From assembly GCF_001194135.2 (NCBI RefSeq), contig NC_068982.1, positions 190,256,390 to 190,308,557 of the forward strand: DNA of 52,168 bases, given 5' to 3'. The DNA comes from Octopus bimaculoides. Lineage: Eukaryota. The position numbers and the translations under genes are program-made. Positions within the stretch are counted from its first letter, which is position 1. Every line of letters begins with the position of its first letter. Positions 12,954-24,406 of the stretch are shown here, piece by piece. The notes under the pieces were generated by a model. That model ran no database searches. It was not told where the DNA came from and saw nothing but the letters and a program-made list of their open reading frames with translations.

Positions 12954-13329
12954 AACTTGTGCCACTGCTGCTTTGACTGTCTTCCATGCCGGTGGCATGT
13001 AAAACGCACCATCTGATTGTGGTTGATGCCAGCTCCTCTGGCCCCTGTGCTGGTAACACATAAAAAGCACCCACTACACTCTCGGAGTGGTTGGCGTCAG
13101 GAAGGGCATCCAGCTGTAGAAACACTGCCAGACTGGAGCCTGGTGCAACCTCCTGGCTTCCCAGATCCCCAGTTGAACCATCCAACTCATGCCAGCATGG
13201 AAAATGGATGGTAAACGATGATGATGATGATGATGATATATATTGATAGATAGATAGATAGATAGAGAGAGACTCTCCCATAATGTTGTTCCCTTTCCCT
13301 TAAAGACCATTCTTTGTATTTCTTCAAAA

Positions 13330-13635
13330 TTTTCCTAATGTCTTAGAACTTACATCAGACATCAAGGCTTCAATGAATTTCAATGACTCCACCTACGTCA
13401 ATTTCTGGCCTCGTAATTCCCCACCAATTGTAATCTCTTATTTACTATGTGTGCAATGCAGTTGGGAAAGACACCAACCGCTGTGTCTACAACACCAAAT
13501 CCAAGTTGGTATCCAAGATCAAGGAGGTGTGCAAAGGTTTTCTCAGGGACAAAGCAAGGAATGTATGCACCAGGTTCTGCAGTCATCCTGAGGCTATGGT
13601 GGAAGCTGATGGTGGTTATTTTGTGCAAACCATTA
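13330..13635 (+). mobile_element. Tc1/mariner (maT/DD37D-like) transposase C-terminal pseudogene fragment
   Basis: With one frameshift it reads NFWPRNSP..CNLL.YYVCNAVGKDTNRC..KLVSKIKE..RNVCTRF.SHPEAMVEADGGYF, i.e. the WPxNSPDLNPLDY motif and the terminal EAxGGYF. Confidence 0.75.
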
Positions 13636-13860
13636 TCTCTTAGCCATAATCTTGGTATTTCCGTTACCTTTTTGGATGAAGTATTACGTTTTCTTTTCCT
13701 TTCATGCAAACTGTCAAATTTAGCCCAAACACCAAAGAATTTTTCAACCCTGAAAGTATGGAAGGCAAAGTTGACTTTGTCAGGATTTGAACTCAGAACC
13801 AAATGATAAGCAATTTGTCCAGTACACTAACGGTTCTGCCAGCTTGTCACTTTCTTGATG

Positions 13861-13891
<31 letters not shown>

Positions 13892-13892
<1 letters not shown>

Positions 13893-14700
13893 CTACCAGG
13901 CCAACATATTAAAGTATGGCAGCTTCCCAACATGTTGTGTATGTAAACAACAAAATGAAACCATTGATCATGTCTCCAGGTGCAGTTTTCTTGCACCTAC
14001 AGAGTATCTCAACTGGCATGATAGAGCTGCACAATATATTCACTGGGTAATGTGCAAAAACCTGGACTTGCCCCATAATAAAATCTGATGGGAACACAAA
14101 CCACCTCCAGTGCTTGAAAATGATCACATCTCACTCCTCTGGAACTTCACCATCTATCTTTCAAACTGACAGAAAGATAGATGCAAATAGGCCAGACATT
14201 ATATTGAAAGACTTCAGACAAAAATCATGCCTCCTCATTGATATGACTGTCCCAATCGATATAAACGTATCTGTCAAGACCTACCAAAAACTGAGCAAGT
14301 ATAAAGATCTTGAAATAGAAATTGACAAAATGTGGAACCTTAAGACTAAAACAATATTTGTTGTCATAAGTGCCCTAGGAATGATAGCAAAAGGGGCTGA
14401 TTGCTACCTAGCTCAGATACCAGGAAACCCCAAAATGGCAGAAATTCAAAAAATAGTGCTCATGGGAACTGCCCATATCCTACGTAAAATACTGTCTATG
14501 TAATCTCAAGTTTTAAAACAAACACATAATTTTCTTATGGTTTCTTAAACATTCTCTAGAACAACACTATGTACAAAACCAAATATATGGCACCCTAAGC
14601 ATAACACCAGCATGAACTTCTAACTTGTTGTCTCTTCAGGTCTCTGGATGAGACTTGGAGCTAACTTGTACAAATGCAAAGCAAAAGTCAAACATAAAAT
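13892..14700 (+). mobile_element. 5'-truncated R4/Dong-clade non-LTR retrotransposon (CCHC finger plus restriction-like endonuclease), flanked by (TAA)n
   Basis: C-x2-C..ETIDH..C (CCVCKQQNETIDHVSRC), RHD-like WHDRAAQYIHW, and NRPDIILKD..LIDMTVP..QKLSKYKDL, ending MGTAHILRKILS. It has an internal stop and a frameshift. (TAA)n tracts lie at 13861-13891 and about 14697-14726. Confidence 0.88.
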
Positions 14701-15664
14701 AATAATAATAATAATAATAATAATAAGGGTGGCGAGCTCGTAGAATAGTTAGCACGCCGGGCAAAACGCTTAGAAGTATTTCATTCTGAGTTCAAATTCC
14801 ACCGAAGTCACCTTTGCCTTTCATCCTTTTGGATGCACTGGGGTCGATGTAATTGACTTAATCTCTTTGTCTGTCCTTGTTTNNNNNNNNNNTCCTTAAA
14901 GGATCAAATGCAAAGTTAAGCTCAGAAGAATTTTAACTCAAATTGCAAAACCAGAAGAAATGGTGCTAAACATTTTACCCAACAGGCAAACAATTCTGCC
15001 AGCTCACCACTTTAATAATAATAATAATAATAATAATGAAAATAATAATAATAATAAGTAATGAATAAATAATAACTTGTTTAATAAATTGGTCATAATT
15101 GATTAATTGGCATCAATTTGGTGTTGTATTTCAGAACCTTTCAATGACTTGTTTTATAATAATTTACAAATGTTAAATTGGAGACAGAAAGAGGCAGCAA
15201 CATTACAAAATGGTAAATATGTTAATCATACTTAAGTGTGTTTACAGCCACATGCAAGACGGTCTAATAGATTCCATATTGCATTTCCTGTGTTATGTAA
15301 CGTTTCTCAGAAAATTACTGCTTTTGTAGTCTAACATGCCCACCACCACCAACTGAAGTGTGCGTGTGGTTGTGTGGTATGAAGCTTCTTTCTTAACCAC
15401 ATGGTCCTGGGTTCAGTCCTACTGCATGGCATCCTGGGCAAGTGTATTCTACAGTTAGCTTAGGGCCAACCAAAACCTCATGAGTAGAATTGGTAAACAG
15501 AAAGCTCATAGTGTATCTGTGTGTGTGTGCAAATTTCTTTCTTCATCACACAGTCATTCTAGTACACACACACACACACACAGACAGAGTGGGAGAAAGT
15601 GATTGGGAAAATAAGCAGCTGCTTCTTAAAGAATAAGCTAAATAAAAACAAATGTGAAAATATA

Positions 15665-15825
15665 GGCGCAGGAGTGGCTGTGTGGTAAGTAGCTTGCTTA
15701 CCAGCCACATGGTTCTGGGTTCAGACCCACTGCGTGGCACCTTGGGCAAGTGTCTTCTACTATAGCCTCGGGCTGACCAAAGCCTTGTGAGTGGATTTGG
15801 TAGACAAAAACTGAAGAAGCCCGTC

Positions 15826-15856
<31 letters not shown>

Positions 15857-16066
15857 TGTATGTATATGTTTGTGTTTGTCCCCCCCCCCAGCATCACTTG
15901 ACAACCGATGCTGGTGTGTTTACATCCCCGTCACCTAGCACTTCGGCAAAAAAAACTGATAGAATAAATACTAGGCTTTCAAAGAATAAGTCCTGGGGTC
16001 AATTTGCTCGACTAAAAGGTGGTGCTCCAGCATGGCCGCAGTCAAATGACTGGAACAAGTAAAAGA
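15665..16066 (+). mobile_element. tRNA-headed composite SINE (CORE-like centre, internal microsatellite, tail ending aacaagtaaaaga), best copy. Others: about 7852-8225 +, 11948-12322 +, 37790-38190 +, 51178-51555 -. Heads only: about 5330-5480, 15360-15510, 29327-29455 -, 36420-36558
   Basis: Pol III A box TGGCTGTGTGG and B box GGTTCAGACCC, then gcaccttgggcaagtgtcttctactatagc, (TA)n, and tail ccagcatggccgcagtcaaatgactg. The family label CORE-like is from recall of the CCTTGGGCAAGT motif. Confidence 0.85.
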
Positions 16067-17770
16067 ATATAAAAAAGCAATTTTCTCTCTTGAAATCTTT
16101 CCCTTGTTTCAGTCGTCAGACTGGCCATGCTGGGGCACCAGATTAAAGAATTTTCGCTGAACAATTCAACACCAGTATCTTTTCTGTTCTTATGCCAGGT
16201 ACTCCTTGTATCAGTCTCTCTTGGCAAACTGCTAAGTTGTGTGGATGTAAACACGCCAACACCAGTCTTCAAGCAGTAGTGGGATCAGCACACGGACACA
16301 AAGACAGAGATATGCACACACACACACACATACATCTTTTATCTTTTAATTGTTTCAGTCATTAGACTGTGGCCATGCTGGGGCATTGCATTGAGATATA
16401 TAAGTGGGACTGAACCATGTGGTTTGGATGCCTGACTATGCAGCCCAAAATTGACTTAATGAAAACAAGAGAAGGGTTATACTGTCATAGAGACAAACAA
16501 CAACAACAACACTAATGAAAGCAAGAACAAAAGTCTTTCATCATTTTTGGTTGAGCAAACTACAAAAGACCCTGCTTGGTTAATGTAAGTGTTAGGCCTT
16601 CATTATCATCATCATCATCATAGTCATTGCCATCATCATCATCATCACCATCATCATTCTATGGCTGGATGCCCTTCCTAATGCCAACAACTTTACAGAG
16701 TGTATTGGATACTTTTCACATGACACCAACACACATGCTATTTACGTGACACCAGGATGGGTGCCTTTTATGTAGCACCCCATTTTTTAAAGCCAAATTT
16801 AGGATTCCGTGATGAAATATTTTGTACTACACGATGCTAGCTGATGCCATGAAAATACCACCCAGTACACTCCATAAGATGGTTGTCATTAGGAAGGGTA
16901 TCAACTAGAGAAACCATGTGACAGGAAGACACTGAAACACCACACAGTGCTCTGGCATTTCCAATTCTGTTGAACAGCCCAACCCAAACCAGCATACAAA
17001 ACAGATGCTAAATGATGGTGATGATGATTACATTGGCAGTAAATGAACCATCTGGTGCCATCAGAAAACACCACTTTCCTATAGAACACTGTTTCCATCC
17101 TGTTAGATCTTCCTCTTCCTCCTCATAATAAACTTAGTTTGTTTCACTTTTGACTCATTTCTTCTTGCTATTTCCTCCCTTAACCCCCTACCATTTAAAC
17201 TCACCAGTCAGATCTGGCCTCTCACACCTACCCTACAATGTCATTCTAAAAATAAATAATCACATCATCATCAAAATCTTGAAGATACAAGATCGTTATC
17301 ATGATTAATTCAAGACAATTTGAATAAAATAAGCATTGTGTTTGACTGAGTAATCTGAATGATAAAGGGTTAATAATTAATTTTACGACTACATTAATCA
17401 AATCGTTTACTTTTTTTAAAGACGTTTGGATGTAATCTGATGGAGATTTGGCTGCGTAACCATCCAGAAATATTCTCTGTATATCAGCTTGATGGAGACC
17501 ATCACCCTAGAAGCTATAATCTCAGAAGAATCCACACAATACTTCATTCTAAAAAAACACTTGTCATTTTATAATATTCCCACTGATTACATCAGTGAAC
17601 AGAATCCACAGTAAGGAGTTTGCTAACAGCTCATTGGATTGGGTGCACACAGTTACCTACCAATATTAAAACCAATGTAATCAACCTGTCCCTTCCGCCA
17701 AACTTGCTGGCCTTGTGTCAAAAACTGGAAAGCAATTTTAAAACCAATGATAATAACAGTTTAACATTAA

Positions 17771-19291
17771 TTACGATTTTTTATTTAAAATAATCCTCTT
17801 TGCATTTTCAGGTCCTTGCTTCAGAAGATTATAATAATATAAAGCCTTGCTATTGAGATCTTTGTTCCTTGAAACTGAGCAAATCTCTAGCAACCCTCCA
17901 AGCATGTGCTGACATTCAGCAGGGCGTGTGAGAAACAGTTTCATCACAGCAGTCAGTAGATAAGCTTTCATAGTGTCCGTACATTCTTCGATGTAATTCT
18001 CTATAAATTCTTGGATAGCATAAGGACTAGATTCTAACATGTAACCGTATTCTCCAAGTAGAAACAAGTTTGCACAACAGCCATTCTCATTAGCTGGGTT
18101 TAAATTCTCTCTTGAACAAATTGATTTCATAAGGTCTTCAAGATGGACATATGACGTCAGATCTAGCAATTCAAGAACTTGAAAGACATTTGCTTGAACA
18201 CTTTGTTCAGGAATCTCCAGCAATTCTTCAAGTTTCTTGATGCAGTATTCAAAATAAAGTGAGTCCTGTTTCGCTATTTTACCGATTGCTTTCATTGCAC
18301 AGAATGAAACGTTGGAGGAAACCTCGGAGCAATACATTCGCAGCTCATCAAGAATTTCAGGGAAATTTGAACTTGTCACCAACGAAGGTAGAATCTCAAT
18401 TTTTCGCATTTTTAAATAAGGAGGTTCCTTGAAACGACAGAAGAAAGCCTTGTGATATTGTGAAAATATGCTTTTGGAACTATCCAGGAAGTTTTCAATG
18501 AAGAGAATGATGGAATATGTGAGTTCAATGTTACCTGAATTCAGGCCACTGACAAACATTTCTTTGCATCGGTTTAGGACTTCATTCTTGAGGTGTGGCA
18601 CTGCTGTGATCAGATGTAAGAAAAGTTCTAAACTACTCATGAACACCGAATATGTTGTTTCCTTTAAATAGTCGTCCAATATATTAAGAATGTTGAACAC
18701 TTCATCTTCACTTTTAGGCACGTATTTCTTCAGGAGGGTCAAAACATAAGTCCGACCCGAATTGGTAAATTTTGGTAATGTTACAAGTAAGTGATACGAC
18801 ATTTTTTGGTTGATGACGACTCCACCTTCGTCTTTGAGAATTTCTTCCAATGCCATGAGACAATTTACAACAACAATTGGATCTGGATCTCGGATTAGAC
18901 TGTACAGTTTATCGATAATCCCCGTATCTAAGATAGATTCTGGATTAAGGTGATGTAGTCGGATACTCGACAGAGCAGCAATACGCCGCACATAGGAACT
19001 GTGGTCATTAAGACCGTTCTGTATAGCCTGCAAGATATGTTCACTTGCCGATTCCTGTCGTAATGAACAGAGAGTACGAAGTGAAAGACCACGGGTCATT
19101 GGCGAGCTGTCTTTACAATCCCGAAGAAGTGAGTTGATGACCAACAACACCAAGTCAGAACTCTTCTCAATTTGGACACACACAAATTCACAGGCAAATT
19201 TTTTGACCAGAGGGTCATGATGGGCAAGAAGTTTAGCAATATGAGGTGAGAGGCTGGTGACATCGATTCCTCGGCTGACCAAATTCATCAC
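17771..19291 (-). CDS. AP4B1: AP-4 complex subunit beta-1, coding exon 2 (adaptin N-terminal/trunk HEAT domain, 506 codons, VMNLVSRG...KRIILNKKS*)
   Basis: Uninterrupted 1.5-kb ORF with AP4B1-diagnostic stretches (RDCKDSSPMTRGLSLR, LYSLIRDPDPIVVVNCLMALEEILKDEGGVVIN, RPAECQHMLGGLL). It is preceded by a pyrimidine tract and tttAG acceptor (19293-19292), so the first GTG is Val, not a start. Confidence 0.96.
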   Translation of the reverse strand: MMNLVSRGIDVTSLSPHIAKLLAHHDPLVKKFACEFVCVQIEKSSDLVLLVINSLLRDCKDSSPMTRGLSLRTLCSLRQESASEHILQAIQNGLNDHSSYVRRIAALSSIRLHHLNPESILDTGIIDKLYSLIRDPDPIVVVNCLMALEEILKDEGGVVINQKMSYHLLVTLPKFTNSGRTYVLTLLKKYVPKSEDEVFNILNILDDYLKETTYSVFMSSLELFLHLITAVPHLKNEVLNRCKEMFVSGLNSGNIELTYSIILFIENFLDSSKSIFSQYHKAFFCRFKEPPYLKMRKIEILPSLVTSSNFPEILDELRMYCSEVSSNVSFCAMKAIGKIAKQDSLYFEYCIKKLEELLEIPEQSVQANVFQVLELLDLTSYVHLEDLMKSICSRENLNPANENGCCANLFLLGEYGYMLESSPYAIQEFIENYIEECTDTMKAYLLTAVMKLFLTRPAECQHMLGGLLEICSVSRNKDLNSKALYYYNLLKQGPENAKRIILNKKS

Positions 19292-19799
19292 CTAAATGGA
19301 AGGAAAAGAAAGAAGAAAAAAGAAATTTGGTTAGTTTCATTTGTTTTGGAAAATATTATCAAAGTGTCTGGCATTAACAGAATGTCCAACCCATGCCAGC
19401 ATGGAAAGCGGACGTTAAACAATGATGATGATGATGATGATGTAATCAAATGAAATATTTTGGAAATGTGTGCAGGTACAGGTGTGTGGCTGCTTCATAA
19501 ACACGGCTTTTATGTTTGATCTTATTGCATAACAAACACAGCGCGTGTGTGTGTTTCTACACATGTGTGTGTCTGTATTTATTCCTTCCTCTCTAACAGC
19601 CAGTGTTGGTTTGTCTGTGTCTACATAACTTAACAGTTCAGCAAACAGACACTGATTGAATACTTATCAGTCTTAAAAAAAAAAGTATGGTGCCCCAGCA
19701 TAACTATAGTCCAATGATTGAAACAAGTAAAAAAATATAATGAAATACATGTTGTCGGCCCAAGTTAATGAGCCTCAGCACATATCTACACATACATTA

Positions 19800-20620
19800 T
19801 CATCATCCTCATTTAAAGTCTGTTTTCCATGCTGGCATGGGTTGAATGGTTTGACTGAAAACTGGTAAGCTGGATGGGGAATGGCGGGGCTGTACCAGGT
19901 TTCAATCTGATTTGGTAAGCTTTCTACAGCTGGATGGCCTTCCTAATGCCAACCATTCCAAGAGTATAACGGGTGCTTTTCACATGCCAGTTATGAAACA
20001 TCGGCCATGACTATGATCTCACTTGACTTGACAGGTCTTCTCAAGTGCAACATATCTCAGTCACTTGTCATTACCCCCATGAGGCCCAAGATCATGCTTC
20101 ATCACCTTGTCCCATGTCTTCCTGGGTCTACCTCTTCCACAGGTTCCCTCCACAGTTAGAGATCAGCACTTCTTTACACAGCTGTCCTCATCCATATGCA
20201 ACACATGACCATTCCAGTGCAGTCATCTCTCTTGCACTCCACATCTGATGCCTCTTATGCCCAACTCTTCTCTCAAGTTGCTTATAGCCTGTTGTACATG
20301 CACACTGACATTGCACCTCCAGTGAAGCATATTAACTTCATTTCTTTCAAGCTTACGCATGTCCTCAGCAGTCACAGCCCTTGTTTCTCTGCCGTGTAGC
20401 ATGGCTGTTTGCACACAGGCATCATACAACCTGCCTTTCACTCTGAGGGAGAGACCCTTTGTAGCCAGCAGAGGTAGGAGCTCTCTGAACTTCACTCAGC
20501 CTATTCTTCTTATTCTAGGAGCTACACTCTCAGAGTATCCACCTCCGCTACTGACTTAGATAACGGAAGCTATCAACTACTTCTAATTTTCTCCACTTGC
20601 AACTAAAGTGACCTTGCAAC
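19800..20620 (-). mobile_element. RTE-clade LINE 3' fragment (same family as 5620-6522) inside the AP4B1 intron
   Basis: ORF 20223-20495 KFRELLPLLATKGLSLRVKGRLYDACVQTAMLHG...GIRCGVQER is near-identical in motif to the 5620 copy; the (CAT)n tail is at about 19800. Confidence 0.8.
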
Positions 20621-20969
20621 TAAAGTGAGGTCGCAGCTATGGCTGATGCCAGTGTCGCATAACTGGCCCATTTAAGAGTACCCTTCAATCATTGGGCAAT
20701 ATACTGTATTTGAGAAAACCTGTTGAGTCAAATGTAATGATTGTTGTGGTTGATGCCAGTACTGCCTGACTGGCCCCCATGCCAGTAGCACATAAAAAGT
20801 ACCTACTACACTCTCGGAGTGGTTGGTGTTAGGAAGGGCATCCAGCTGTAGAAACCTTGCCAGATCAGACTGGAGCCTGGTGTAGCCATCTGGTTTCACC
20901 AGTCCCCAGTCAAACAGTCCAACCCATGCCAGCATCAAAAGCAGACGTTAATCGATGATGATGATGATG

Positions 20970-21390
20970 GTTGTGGGGTTAAGAAGCTTGCTCCTCAACC
21001 ATGTGGATTTGGGTTCAGTCCCACTGTATGGCAACTGGGACAAATGTCTTGTATAATAGCCCTGGGTCAACCAAAGCCTTGTAAGAGGATTTGGTAGATG
21101 GAAACCTTTCGCTGAAGCTTGTCATATGTGTGTGTGTGTGTGTGTGTGTGTGCGTCATTGTCTTGTCATCAAGTGATAGTTGTAAATAAACACTGTTGCC
21201 ATGCAGGGAAATATGTTTGCTTGCAGTCTTCCATATTAAAACACGCCTGGTCAGGGGGAGATATTACTTTGCTTAGAAACAGGTGAAGGTTGGTGACAGG
21301 AAGGGCATCCAGTCATAGAAAATCGACCTCAACAAATTCTGTCTGACCCATGCATACATGGAAATGTGGACGTTAAAATGATGATGATGT
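20970..21390 (+). mobile_element. Same SINE head plus (TG)n but with a different, RTE-type (GAT)n tail
   Basis: Head ggttcagtcccactgtatggcaactgggacaaatgtc..gagg(a)tttggtagatggaaac, then (TG)n, then a tail ending ggaagggcatccag...ggacgttaaaatgatgatgatg. Confidence 0.65.
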
Positions 21391-22555
21391 TGCTGATGAA
21401 GTTTCAGTTTCTGAAATTTCAACAAAATGTCGACAGAAAGTGACGTTCCTTCGGTATTGGTCTAGAGAGTGTTGGCATAAGGAAAGCACGTTATTCACCT
21501 TCTTTTTTCAGCCCATCCTCTTTGTATGATGAGGGAAAGTTGTGTGGGTGAATGACGTTGTATACCAATACCGAAGTATTGCTTCGAAAACTTCTTTGCA
21601 CAAAAACAAAGTACGTGATGTTAGAATGTCTCTCACCTTTCGGTCCTGATCGTTCTAATTTTCCCCTTCACCTCACCACCCTATCCCCACTCTCAGGGGC
21701 TATTTTCACATCTCTCGCGTCGCGGATTGTGGTGCAGAGCTGTCGCAAAAATAACTGCCAAGTCATGGCAGGCAACAGAAGAATCAGTTTCTTATTATAA
21801 ATCTCTATTACCATGTCTAGTAGGTGTGCAGTGATCACCCAGTACAACTAGAATACATACTCCGGGCCCATCAAACGTCGGAAGTTCATAAAAACCCCGA
21901 ATGGAGTCCATTTTAGCAGAAAAGATTGAAGACTTCTGTTTCTTCGACGAATAAACGAAAGTTGTTCGATCCCAGGTCAACACTGATCAAATAATCTTCA
22001 AAGGGTGAACTGTCGATCAACCCATTTTTCAACACTAATTAAACTCAAAAGCGTTCCAGCAGTGACCATCACGTCCCTATTCGGGTGTAGTGTATCTAGA
22101 ACTACATTACACAGTAAATTTTTCCCTGTTCCCTTTAAGACGTTAGGGTGTGATACGAGGGTAATTTGGCTGTTATTTATAACAGATCGAGCGACGATAT
22201 AAATGCGTAATATGAAATAGCAGAGAACCATGCAGTGTCTTATAGTTGTGCTTTTGTACATCTACGTCAGGAGTTCGAAACCTAGTGAAATCGATAAAAT
22301 AAACGGTTAATTACAGACAGGAGACGGTTTAATCAGATTCTTCCGTCTCCGATAAAAGTTGGCTTTTCTGGGATTATATCAAGAATCGTGAAATGTCTCA
22401 GATTTTTGTTGGAAGTGAGAAAATGGGTAGAATGCTTTTTATGTTAAACTTTTACAAACCTTGTCTTATATTTCTTTGTATTATTAATAATAATAATAAT
22501 AATAATAATAATGATAGTAAAGAGAGATAAATAGAAGCATAATGGTTAGAATTAC

Positions 22556-22657
22556 CTTGGCTAAGAGATTCCGACATGCTGTTTGATCTGAGAGGACGGT
22601 AGGATCCTCAAGGTGTCGGATGATGTCATTTAAACAGCCAGCAGCCAAATCCATCAT
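22556..22657 (-). CDS. AP4B1: AP4B1 coding exon 1, MMDLAAGCLNDIIRHLEDPTVLSDQTACRNLLAK
   Basis: ATG with an in-frame upstream TGA; AAG|GTaatt donor at 22555; phase 0 joins exon 2. The peptide aligns to the AP4B1 N-terminus ([24 protein letters not shown]). Confidence 0.85.
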
Positions 22658-23146
22658 CACAAATAAATGTTTTCATCTCATTTCGGATTCTCGAAGATTA
22701 ATGATCAACAAGTTATCTCCCTTCGAAATCGGTGTCAACTCAAATAGTGAACTGAAGAAATATTGGTTTATTGCTTACTGCAAGTCATCAAGTATTCGAA
22801 GCTGTTATAAATAAATCTGTAAAACCCTTGTTTATTTATTATATAAATACTTGTATTTGTATTTGTTTATTATTAGTTAATTAGTGTAACAAAGTGTTTG
22901 TCGTGTAACTCCATGTCAGCTCTGATCATACTAAGCGTGATCGATAGATTTGCTTTTCCAGTTTTCCAATTACTTCACCAAACTAAACCATGCAGCACAC
23001 TCACACAGCGTTTTACATCGTATGGAACACGCTGCAGTAGTCTCTTCATTGTTCATTTTATACACCTGCAGCCTCTGGTGATGACCACAACCGACATGAA
23101 TAGGAAGGACTCAGTCACACTGCAACAGTTAATGTTACCGGCAAGA

Positions 23147-23167
23147 CTTCCGCCCGTCCCCGCCCCC
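23147..23167. promoter_or_regulatory. Tandem GC boxes (Sp/KLF-like) about 500 nt upstream of the AP4B1 start codon
   Basis: ttCCGCCCgtcCCCGCCCCc stands out in AT-rich DNA; position is consistent with a promoter, not proven. Confidence 0.35.
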
Positions 23168-24022
23168 AAAAACCACCCTTACTCTTTTACTCTTTTACTT
23201 GTTTCAGTCATTTGACTGCGGCCATGCTGGAGCACCGCCTTAAAAAAATTTTTTTTTTCGACACCACTCCCTTTTAGGCTACGAGGAATACGAATCTGCA
23301 AAAAAATTGGCAAAAATCGACATNNNNNNNNNNNNNNNNNNNNNNNNNNNNNNNNNNNNNNNNNNNNNNNNNNNNNNNNNNNNNNNNNNNNNNNNNNNNN
23401 NNNNNNNNNNNNNNNNNNNNNNNNNNNNNNNNNNNNNNNNNNNNNNNNNNNNNNNNNNNNNNNNNNNNNNNNNNNNNNNNNNNNNNNNNNNNNNNNNNNN
23501 NNNNNNNNNNNNNNNNNNNNNNNNNNNNNNNNNNNNNNNNNNNNNNNNNNNNNNNNNNNNNNNNNNNNNNNNNNNNNNNNNNNNNNNNNNNNNNNNNNNN
23601 NNNNNNNNNNNNNNNNNNNNNNNNNNNNNNNNNNNNNNNNNNNNNNNNNNNNNNNNNNNNNNNNNNNNNNNNNNNNNNNNNNNNNNNNNNNNNNNNNNNN
23701 NNNNNNNNNNNNNNNNNNNNNNNNNNNNNNNNNNNNNNNNNNNNNNNNNNNNNNNNNNNNNNNNNNNNNNNNNNNNNNNNNNNNNNNNNNNNNNNNNNNN
23801 NNNNNNNNNNNNNNNNNNNNNNNNNNNNNNNNNNNNNNNNNNNNNNNNNNNNNNNNNNNNNNNNNNNNNNNNNNNNNNNNNNNNNNNNNNNNNNNNNNNN
23901 NNNNNNNNNNNNNNNTGTGGGCAACAGTGTTCTTAGGATGCTGTCCCGGGGGTATTGCAGATGTAGTTATTCGTTACTAATCGCGCACATAGTTTCAGAG
24001 GAAATTTGTGGATAGCTACCTG

Positions 24023-24064
<42 letters not shown>

Positions 24065-24406
24065 ATGATATAGATCTTTAAGGCCGGTTTTCTGGATATT
24101 GTGGCGTATATTTTTTTATTGGCTTCACAGTGTTTACCGTGAAGCTGTCAGATCTCTTCTCATCACATCTGGACAATCCAGATGGTTCCAAGTTGGAGAG
24201 GATGTTTGCCCGGGCCAAATATATTTCCTCACTGGACAGGAAGTTCGGCCAGCCGCAGGATCACTTATTTTGCTAGTTGGGTGAATTGGAGCAACATGAA
24301 ACAAAGTGTTTTGCTCAAGAACACAACGCATAGCCCTGTCCAGGAATCGAAACTACAATCTTACGATTATCAGTGCAACTCACCTCTACATTATTGCAGC
24401 ATGGCT

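Noticed and set aside
9871-17770. Search for downstream AP4B1 hinge/ear exons on the minus strand
   Set aside because: No AG-flanked segment with FNTL or ear-like translation was found by eye; candidates near 16500 and 17100, and near 8400 in the rapsyn intron, hit stops quickly.
21850-21916. Plus-strand peptide EYILRAHQTSEVHKNPEWSPF resembling a C2-domain motif
   Set aside because: It is bounded by stops, has no good splice sites, and the similarity is too short.
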